From assembly GCF_009914755.1 (NCBI RefSeq), contig NC_060939.1: DNA of 64,000 bases. One strand, 5' to 3'. The notes under the pieces were generated by a model that searched no databases, was not told the DNA's origin, and saw only the letters and a program-made list of their open reading frames with translations. Origin of the DNA: the human T2T-CHM13v2.0 reference genome, Homo sapiens. Below are positions 53,031 to 64,000 of this stretch, piece after piece (position 1 is the first letter of the stretch; each line of letters begins with the position of its first letter). The position numbers and the translations under genes were made by a program.

Positions 53031-56000
53031 TTTTTTTTTTTTTTAAGCGCAACGCAACATGTCTGCCTTATTTGAGTGGCTTCCTATATCATTATAATTG
53101 TGTTATAGATGAAGAAACGGTATTAAACACTGTGCTAATGATAGTGAAAGTGAAGACAAAAGAAAGGCTATCTATTTTGTGGTTAGAATAAAGTTGCTCA
53201 GTATTTAGAGCTACCTAAATACGTCAGCATTTACACTCTTCCTAGTAAAAGCTGGCCAATCTGAATAATCCTCCTTTAAACAAACACAATTTTTGATAGG
53301 GTTAAGATTTTTTTAAGAATGCGACTCCTGCAAAATAGCTGAACAGACGATACACATTTAAAAAAATAACAACACAAGGATCAACCAGACTTGGGAAAAA
53401 ATCGAAAACCACACAAGTCTTATGAAGAACTGAGTTCTTAAAATAGGACGGAGAACGTAGCTATCGGAAGAGAAGGCAGTATTGGCAAGTTGATTGTTAC
53501 GTTGGTCAGCAGTAGCTGGCACTATCTTTTTGGCCATCTTTCGGGCAATGTAACTACTACAGCAAAATGAGATATGATCCATGAAACAACATATTCGCAA
53601 ATCAAAAAGTGTTTCAGTAATATAATGCTTCAGATTTAGAAGCAAATCAAATGATAGAACTCCACTGCTGTAATAAGTCACCCCAAAGATCACCGTATCT
53701 GACAAAATAACTACCACAGGGTTATGACTTCAGAATCATACTTTCTCTTGATATTTACTTATGTATGTATTTATTTTTTTTAATTTATTTCTCTTGAGAC
53801 GGCGTCTCGCTCTGTCGCCCAGGCTGGAGTGCGATGGTGTGATCTCGGCTCACTGCAACCGCCACCTCCCTGGGTTCAAGCGATTCTCCTGCCTCAGCCT
53901 CCCGAGTAGCTGGGACTACAGGTGCCCGCCACCACGCCCAGCTAATCTTTATACTTTTAATAGAGACGGGGTTTCACCGTGTCGGCCCGGATGGTCTCGA
54001 TCTCTTGACCTCGTGACCCGCCCGCCTCGGCCTCCCAAAGTGCTGGGATGACAGGCGTGAGCCACTGAGCCCGGCCTTCTCTTGACGTTTAAACTATGAA
54101 GTCAGTCCAGAGAAACGCAATAAATGTCAACGGTGAGGATGGTGTTGAGGCAGAAGTAGGACCACACTTTTTCCTATCTTATTCAGTTGATAACAATATG
54201 ACCTAGGTAGTAATTTCCTATGTGCCTACTTATACACGAGTACAAAAGAGTAAAACAGAGAGACTGCTAAATTAAAGGGTACGTGAAGTTCTTCATAGTA
54301 ACTCCGTAAACTGGAACACTGTCAAAAAGCAGCAGCTAGTGAATTGTTTCCATGTATTTTTCTATGATCCAATAAGTGAACTATGCTATTCCTTTCCAGT
54401 CTCCCAAGCACTTCTTGTCCCCATCACCACTTCGGTGCTCGAAGAAAAAGTAACAAATCAAGGAACACAACTAAAGAAACACACACACAAACCAAAGACA
54501 ACTACAGCGTCTGCAAAAGTTTGCTAGAAGACTGAAACTGTTGAGTATAAGGATCTGGTATTCTACGATGATCATGAGTTCACTTCAGAGTTTGTTCAAG
54601 ACATACGTTTCGTAAGGAAACATCTTAGTTAGAAGTTATTCAGCAGTAGGTACCATCCCTAAGTATTTTTCACCAAATTCGTGACAATAAAGAGCTATCT
54701 AACCAGAAAAATTAGCGAGTACCGGCACCATCCATAGGGCTTTGTCTTTACGCTTCATTAGCACTTACCATGCCTTACAATGTCTAGGATTGACCCTGAT
54801 AGCATTTCGAAAACAAGCTAATGCTTTGTCCAGTTCTTCAGTGAAGACAAGCTCACGCCCTAATGCGCTATAGGCATAAGCATCATTTGGATCCACTTCG
54901 AGAGTTCTCTGGAAGAATTGAATCGCAATATCGTGTTCCCGTTGCAGACCGAAACAGTTCCCTGCAGCACACCAGGCCTCTGGCTGGCGAATTTTTATCC
55001 ATGTCTGTGAAGTCTTTGGACAGAACTGAAAGAGCAACCTCTTTCGGAGGATGCCAAAGTGTTGTAGAGTAGATCTCCATGCCTTCGACTCTGTAATTCT
55101 CAATCCTCCTAACCTCTGAGAATTGTCTTTCAGCTTGCGTGGACTCTGAAAGTTTACAATAGGCCCTTCCGATTTGGCACAGTACCCAACCGGTATTGCA
55201 GTGGTGAGAAGCTAGATGGCTCAAGATGCTGATAGCTTCTTTGCCGTGGTAAGAACACAAAGCTAAATAACCTTTCCCCCTTTCACGAAGAAGGCTCATC
55301 AAGCCTTCCGCTGCTGCTTTTTGTAGATTAAAAGCCTGAATCTGAGGCGCGATTGCGGCTATTTTCCCTTCTGAAATGACGGAAGAGTCCAATTTTGTCA
55401 CTTCCAGGCTATCACTTATGTTCGGTGGAGTTATTGCTCCTTTATTAGTTTTACTTTTGGTTCTTCTGTTTGGGATTTTAGGTGGAAACTTCATTTTTAA
55501 TTTTCTCCTATTCTCCTCGGTTGTGGAGCTGTCACTAGTCAAGAGTCGTGAATTTCTTCGAGGCGGTGCATTTGGGGGAGATGCCATAGTGGGGCTCAAT
55601 ACCTGAGGTGTTGCCCTTGTCGGCGGACCAGAACTTTGTGTTTTTGCAAGGACTGGAGTTACCTTTCGGCTCTTTCCCCTCTGCGAGAAGACAGACGGTG
55701 TTCCGGTTTGGCCGATTCTGGCAACAGGCTTTTCTGAAGGGGCTCCGGTGGATGGCACGTCAATGACAGACGGTGTCTCATACCAGTGCAGTTTTGTCAA
55801 TAGGGTCCGTCTCCGGGACTTGGGGTTTCTAATGGCAAAATGCCAACACTTGGGGTTAATGGACTAACAGCTGCTGGTCCTCCTAATAAACTTCGACCAG
55901 TTTTTGGTTTATGTTGAACCTGTTTAGATCATATGGAAGTTCCTGTTCCCAGTGGGACAGTATCAGGTGAAAGGACAGCTGAATCGATAGAAGACACTGG

Positions 56001-56829
56001 GGAGTCTGTATTCAAGGAGTACTTTGAATTGGAAGATTCTAAATTCCATCCGTTTCATTCGACGGTGTCCTGGGGTGTTTCCGTAAGAACGGTCTCGGGC
56101 TGTCTGTGACATAAACTAGGACGAGGTCCAAGTGTTGTGGCGCAACACTTGGACAGGCAGTTGCTAAAGCTCTCTAGAGAGGTGAATCAAAATGTTTGGT
56201 CAGGATCTGGCTTTTCCCCCCTATTTCACATCATGATTCAAAGGGACACCAGAGGAAAGGATTTCAACGAAGGCTCTTTTGGTCACATTCTGATCCTTTG
56301 GTAAGCCGATCTGTCTTGCAATATACATGTCCCGACGATGGAAGGGGAAAGCGAGCTGAATCACCAAACTCAGGAACGATAATATCATCGTGGCTTTTCT
56401 GCTTATGAAACACTCCACCCGATAAGATTTGATCCCCTTCTGCAAGCTTGCTGAGATCAACACAACATTTCGCAAGCAGGCATTTGCATTGCGGGGTAGT
56501 ACAACTGTGTCCTTTCAAGAGTCTATATGTTTTATAGGCCTTTCCTGAGCGGTAAGAACAGGTCGCCAGTAAGAACAAGGCTTCTTCTGAGTGTACTTCT
56601 GCATAAAGGCGTTCTGCGGGGGAAACCGCATCTCGGTAGGCATAGTGGTTTAGTGCTTGCCATATAGCAGCCTGGACGGGTCCCTGCAGCACCGCCATCC
56701 TCGAGGCTCAGGCCCACTTTCTGCAGTGCCACAGGCACCCCCCCCCCCCCCCATAGCGGCTCCGGCCCGGCCAGCCTCGGCTCATTTAAAGGCACCAGCC
56801 GCCGTTACCGGGGGATGGGGGAGTCCGAG
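53031..56829 (-). pseudogene. CDC27P: CDC27 processed pseudogene, second-unit copy
   Basis: Same ORF fragments at +42,527. Confidence 0.96.
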
Positions 56830-57619
56830 ACAGAATGACTTCTTTATCCTGCTGACTCTGGAAAGCCCGGCGCCTTGTGATCCATTGCAAACCGAGAGTC
56901 ACCTCGTGTTTAGAACACGGATCCACTCCCAAGTTCAGTGGGGGGATGTGAGGGGTGTGGCAGGTAGGACGAAGGACTCTCTTCCTTCTGATTCGGTCTG
57001 CACAGTGGGGCCTAGGGCTGGAGCTCTCTCCGTGCGGACCGCTGACTCCCTCTACCTTGGGTTCCCTCGGCCCCACCCTGGAACGCCGGGCCTTGGCAGA
57101 TTCTGGCCCTTCCTGGCCCTTCAGTCGCTGTCAGAAACCCCATCTCATGCTCGGATGCCCCGAGTGACTGTGGCTCGCACCTCTCCGGAAACATTGGAAA
57201 TCTCTCCTCTACGCGCGGCCACCTGAAACCACAGGAGCTCGGGACACACGTGCTTTCGGGAGAGAATGCTGAGAGTCTCTTGCCGACTCTCTCTTGACTT
57301 GAGTTCTTCGTGGGTGCGTGGTTAAGACGTAGTGAGACCAGATGTATTAACTCAGGCCGGGTGCTGGTGGCTCACGCCTGTAACCCCAACACTTTGGGAG
57401 GCCGAGGCCGTAGGATCCCTCGAGGAATCGCCTAACCCTGGGGAGGTTGAGGTTGCAGTGAGTGAGCCATAGTTGTGTCACTGTGCTCCAGTCTGGGCGA
57501 AAGACAGAATGAGGCCCTGCCACAGGCAGGCAGGCAGGCAGGCAGGCAGAAAGACAACAGCTGTATTATGTTCTTCTCAGGGTAGGAAGCAAAAATAACA
57601 GAATACAGCACTTAATTAA

Positions 57620-57742
<123 letters not shown>

Positions 57743-57964
57743 TGAGTAGCTGGGATTACAGGGAGGAGCCACCACACCCAGCTGATTTTGTATTGTTAGT
57801 AGAGACGGCATTTCTCCATGTGGGTCAGGCTGGTCTCGAACTGGCGACCCCAGTGGATCTGCCCGCCCCGGCCTCCCAAAGTGCTGGGGTGACAGGCGTG
57901 AGCCATCGTGACTGGCCGGCTACGTTTATTTATTTATTTTTTTAATTATTTTACTTTTTTTTAG

Positions 57965-58223
<259 letters not shown>

Positions 58224-59481
58224 TAGCCAGGATGGTCTCGATCTCCTGACCCCGTGATCCGTCCACCTCGGCCTCCCAAAGTGCTGGGATGACAGGCGTG
58301 AGCCACCGCCCCCGGCCTATTTATCTATTTATTAACTTTGAGTCCAGGTTATGAAACCAGTTAGTTTTTGTAATTTTTTTTTTTTTTTTTTTTTTTTGAG
58401 ACGAGGTTTCACCGTGTTGCCAAGGCTTGGACCGAGGGATCCACCGGCCCTCGGCCTCCCAAAAGTGCGGGGATGACAGGCGCGAGCCTACCGCGCCCGG
58501 ACCCCCCCTTTCCCCTTCCCCCGCTTGTCTTCCCGACAGACAGTTTCACGGCAGAGCGTTTGGCTGGCGTGCTTAAACTCATTCTAAATAGAAATTTGGG
58601 ACGTCAGCTTCTGGCCTCACGGACTCTGAGCCGAGGAGTCCCCTGGTCTGTCTATCACAGGACCGTACACGTAAGGAGGAGAAAAATCGTAACGTTCAAA
58701 GTCAGTCATTTTGTGATACAGAAATACACGGATTCACCCAAAACACAGAAAGCAGTCTTTTAGAAATGGCCTTAGCCCTGGTGTCCGTGCCAGTGATTCT
58801 TTTCGGTTTGGACCTTGACTGAGAGGATTCCCAGTCGGTCTCTCGTCTCTGGACGGAAGTTCCAGATGATCCGATGGGTGGGGGACTTAGGCTGCGTCCC
58901 CCCAGGAGCCCTGGTCGATTAGTTGTGGGGATCGCCTTGGAGGGCGCGGTGACCCACTGTGCTGTGGGAGCCTCCATCCTTCCCCCCACCCCCTCCCCAG
59001 GGGATCCCAATTCATTCCGGGCTGACACGCTCACTGGCAGGCGTCGGGCATCACCTAGCGGTCACTGTTACTCTGAAAACGGAGGCCTCACAGAGGAAGG
59101 GAGCACCAGGCCGCCTGCGCACAGCCTGGGGCAACTGTGTCTTCTCCACCGCCCCCGCCCCCACCTCCAAGTTCCTCCCTCCCTTGTTGCCTAGGAAATC
59201 GCCACTTTGACGACCGGGTCTGATTGACCTTTGATCAGGCAAAAACGAACAAACAGATAAATAAATAAAATAACACAAAAGTAACTAACTAAATAAAATA
59301 AGTCAATACAACCCATTACAATACAATAAGATACGATACGATAGGATGCGATAGGATACGATAGGATACAATACAATACGATACGATACGATACAATACA
59401 ATACAATACAATACAATACAATACAATACAATACAATACAATACAATACAATACGCCGGGCGCGGTGGCTCATGCCTGTCA

Positions 59482-59733
<252 letters not shown>

Positions 59734-59997
59734 TCAAAAATAAATACATAAATAAATACATACATACATACATACATACATACATACATAAATTAAAATA
59801 AATAAATAAAATAAAATAAATAAATGGGCCCTGCGCGGTGGCTCAAGCCTGTCATCCCCTCACTTTGGGAGGCCAAGGCCGGTGGATCAAGAGGCGGTCA
59901 GACCAACAGGGCCAGTATGGTGAAACCCCGTCTCTACTCACAATACACAACATTAGCCGGGCGCTGTGCTGTGCTGTACTGTCTGTAATCCCAGCTA

Positions 59998-60291
<294 letters not shown>

Positions 60292-60957
60292 TTAACTTCA
60301 TTTTATGTTATTATCATGATTGATGTTTCGAGACGGAGTCTCGGAGGCCCGCCCTCCCTGGTTGCCCAGACAACCCCGGGAGACAGACCCTGGCTGGGCC
60401 CGATTGTTCTTCTCCTTGGTCAGGGGTTTCCTTGTCTTTCTTCGTGTCTTTAACCCGCGTGGACTCTTCCGCTCGGGTTTGACAGATGGCAGCTCCACTT
60501 TAGGCCTTGTTGTTGTTGGGGACTTTCCTGATTCTCCCCAGATGTAGTGAAAGCAGGTAGATTTGCCTTGCCTGGACTTGCCTGGCCTTGCCTTTTCTTT
60601 CTTTCTTTCTTTATTACTTTCTCTTTTTCTTCTTCTTCTTCTTCTTCTTCTTCTTCTTCTTCTTCTTTTTTTTTTTGAGACAGAGTTTCACTCTTGTTGC
60701 CCAGGCTAGAGGGCAATGGTGCGATCTCGGCTCACCGCACCCTCCGCCTCCCAGGTTCAAGCGATTCTCCTGCCTCAGCCTCCTGATTAGCTGGGATTAC
60801 AGGCATGGGCCACCGTGCCTGGCTGATGTTTGTACTTTTAGTAGAGACGGTGTTTTTCCATGTTGGTCAGGCTGGTCTCCCACTCCCAACCTCAGGTGGT
60901 CCGCCTGCCTTAGCCTCCCAAAGTGCTGGGATGACAGGCGTGAGCCACCGCGCCCAG

Positions 60958-61010
<53 letters not shown>

Positions 61011-61657
61011 CGCTTGCTTGCTTGCTTTCGTGCTTTCTTGCTTTCCCGTTTTCTTGCTTTCTTTCTTTCTTTCGTTTCTTTCATGCTTGCTTTCTTGCTT
61101 GCTTGCTTGCTTTCGTGCTTTCTTGCTTTCCTGTTTTCTTTTTCTTTCTTTCTTTCTTTCTTTCTTTTGTTTCTTTCTTGCTTGCTTTCTTGCTTGCTTG
61201 CTTGCTTTCGTGCTTTCTTGCTTTCCTGTTTTCTTTCTTTCTTTCTTTCTTTTGTTTCTTTCTTGCTTGCTTTCTTGCTTGCTTGCTTTCGTGCTTTCTT
61301 GTTTTCTCGATTTCTTTCTTTCTTTTGTTTCTTTCCTGCTTGCTTTCTTGCTTGATTGCTTTCGTGCTTTCTTGCTTTCTTGTTTTCTTTCTTTCTTTTG
61401 TTTCTTTCTTTCTTGCTTCCTTGTTTTCTTGCTTTCTTGCTTGCTTGCTTTCGTGCTTTCTTGTTTTCTTGCTTTCTTTCTTTTGTTTCTTTCTTGCTTG
61501 CTTTCTTGCTTCCTTGTTTTCTTGCTTTCTTGCTTGCTTGCTTTCGTGCTTTCTTTCTTGCTTTCTTTTCTTTCTTTCTTTTCTTTTTCTTTCTTTCTTG
61601 CTTTCTTTTCTTTCATTCATTCATTCTTTCTTTCTTTCCTTTCTTTCTTTCTTTCTT

Positions 61658-61704
<47 letters not shown>

Positions 61705-61719
61705 GTTTCGTCCTTTTGA

Positions 61720-61869
<150 letters not shown>

Positions 61870-63834
61870 TGATGTTTGTGTTTTTAGTAGGCACGCCGTG
61901 TCTCTCCATGTTGCTCAGGCTGGTCTCCAACTCCCGACCTCCTGTGATGCGCCCACCTCGGCCTCTCGAAGTGCTGGGATGACGGGCGTGAGCCACCGTG
62001 CCCGGCCTGTTGACTCATTTCGCTTTTTTATTTCTTTCGTTTCCACGCGTTTACTTATATGTATTAATGTAAACGTTTCTGTACGCTTATATGCAAACAA
62101 CGACAACGTGTATCTCTGCGTTGAATACTCTTGCGTATGGTAAATACGTATCGGTTGTATGGAAATAGACTTCTGTATGATAGATGTAGGTGTTTGTGTT
62201 ATACAAATAAATACACATCGCTCTATAAAGAAGGGATCGTCGATAAAGACGTTTATTTTACGTATGAAAAGCGTCGTATTTATGTGTGTAAATGAACGAG
62301 CGTACGTAGTTATCTCTGTTTTCTTTCTTCCTCTCCTTCGTGTTTTTCTTCCTTCCTTTCTTCCTTTCTCTCCTTCTTTAGGTTTTTCTTCCTCTCTTCC
62401 TTTCCTTCTTTCTCTCTTTCTGTCCTTTTTTCCTTCGTGCTTTATTTCTCTTTCGTTCCCTGTGTTTCCTTCTTTTTTCTTTCCTCTCTGTTTCTTTTTC
62501 CCTTCTTTCCTTCGTTTCTTTCCTCATTCTTTCTCTCTTTTTCGTGTTTCTTTCCTTTCCGTCTGTCTTTTAAAAAATGGAGTGTTTCAGAAGTTTACTT
62601 TGTGTATCTACGTTTTCTAAATTGTCTCTCTTTTCTCCATTTTCTTCCTCCCTCCCTCCCTCCCTCCCTCCCTGCTCCCTTCCCTCCCTCCTTCCCTTTC
62701 GCCATCTGTCTCTTTTCCCCACTCCCCTCCCCCCGTCTGTCTCTGCGTGGATTCCGGAAGAGCCTACGCATTCTGCCTCTCCGTGTGTCTGCAGCGACCC
62801 GCGACCGAGTCCTTGTGTGTTCTTTCTCCCTCCCTCCCTCCCTCCCTCCCTCCCTCCCTCCCTGCTTCCGAGAGGCATCTCCAAACACCCACGCGCCGTG
62901 GGTTGTCTTCTGACTCTGTCGCGGTCGAGGCAGAGACGCGTTTTGGGCACCGTTTGTGTGGGGTTGGGGCAGAGGGGCTGCGTTTTCGGCCTCGGGAAGA
63001 GCTTCTCGACTCACGGTTTCGCTTTCGCGGTCCACGGGCCGCCCTGCCAGCCGGATCTGTCTCGCTGACGTCCGCGGCGGTTGTCGGGCTCCATCTGGCG
63101 GCCGCTTTGAGATCGTGCTCTCGGCTTCCGGAGCTGCGGTGGCAGCTGCCGAGGGAGGGGACCGTCCCCGCTGTGAGCTAGGCAGAGCTCCGGAAAGCCC
63201 GCGGTCGTCAGCCCGGCTGGCCCGGTGGCGCCAGAGCTGTGGCGCGTCGCTTGTGAGTCACAGCTCTGGCGTGCAGGTTTATGTGGGGGAGAGGCTGTCG
63301 CTGCGCTTCTGGGCCCGCGGCGGGCGTGGGGCTGCCCGGGCCGGTCGACCAGCGCGCCGTAGCTCCCGAGGCCCGAGCCGCGACCCGCGGGGACCCGCCG
63401 CGCGTGGCGCGGGAGGCTGGGGACGCCCTTCCCGGCCCGGTCGCGGGTCCGCGCTCATCCTGGCCGTCTGAGGCGGCGGCCGAATTCGTTTCCGAGTCCC
63501 CGTGGGGAGCCGGGGACCGTCCCGCCCCCGTCCCCCGGGTGCCGGGGAGCGGTCCCCGGGCCGGGCCGCGGTCCCTCTGCCGCGATCCTTTCTGGCGAGT
63601 CCCCGTGCGGAGTCGGAGAGCGCTCCCTGAGCGCGCGTGCGGCCCGAGAGGTCGCGCCTGGCCGGCCTTCGGTCCCTCGTGTGTCCCGGTCGTAGGAGGG
63701 GCCGGCCGAAAATGCTTCCGGCTCCCGCTCTGGAGACACGGGCCGGCCCCCTGCGTGTGGCACGGGCGGCCGGGAGGGCGTCCCCGGCCCGGCGCTGCTC
63801 CCGCGTGTGTCCTGGGGTTGACCAGAGGGCCCCG

Positions 63835-64000
63835 GGCGCTCCGTGTGTGGCTGCGATGGTGGCGTTTTTGGGGACAGGTGTCCGTGTCGCGCGTCGCCTG
63901 GGCCGGCGGCGTGGTCGGTGACGCGACCTCCCGGCCCCGGGGGAGGTATATCTTTCGCTCCGAGTCGGCATTTTGGGCCGCCGGGTTATTGCTGACACGC
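63835..64000 (+). promoter_or_regulatory. Pol I promoter and TSS (63991) of the next rDNA unit
   Basis: Identical to 21308-21473. Confidence 0.95.

Overview
Human ribosomal DNA tandem array (acrocentric NOR type), about 1.5 repeat units with a period of 42,527 bp. Positions 1-21,473 recur at 42,528-64,000 with no difference I could find. The window has one complete Pol I transcription unit on the + strand: TSS 21,464; 5'ETS; 18S 25,103-26,971; ITS1; 5.8S 28,048-28,204; ITS2; 28S 29,373-34,436; 3'ETS; one cluster of five Sal boxes. The intergenic spacer (IGS) holds two 'long/butterfly' repeats (L1 3' end, inverted Alus, CT tract), a third CT tract, many Alus and microsatellites, a CDC27 retro-pseudogene, the RGC p53 site, a CTCF site, the spacer-promoter/Tsp region and T0. 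The next TSS is at 63,991. I see no real protein-coding gene: the long ORFs are low-complexity, GC-rich or pseudogene artefacts. This is a well-studied locus and I cannot claim a new biological system. The best leads are: (1) the CDC27 retrocopy seems to come from a transcript that read through a splice donor into an intron, and it has a poly(A) and a target-site duplication; (2) the same GATTACA>GATGACA change recurs in about 14 independent Alu left arms; (3) an AT-rich segment has CpG obs/exp of about 2.4; (4) a hidden ~200-250 bp periodicity in the CT tracts explains the LR1/LR2 length difference; (5) this is a short unit with a single terminator cluster. Alu and microsatellite boundaries are approximate. 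Comparisons to reference sequences are from memory, not from a search.
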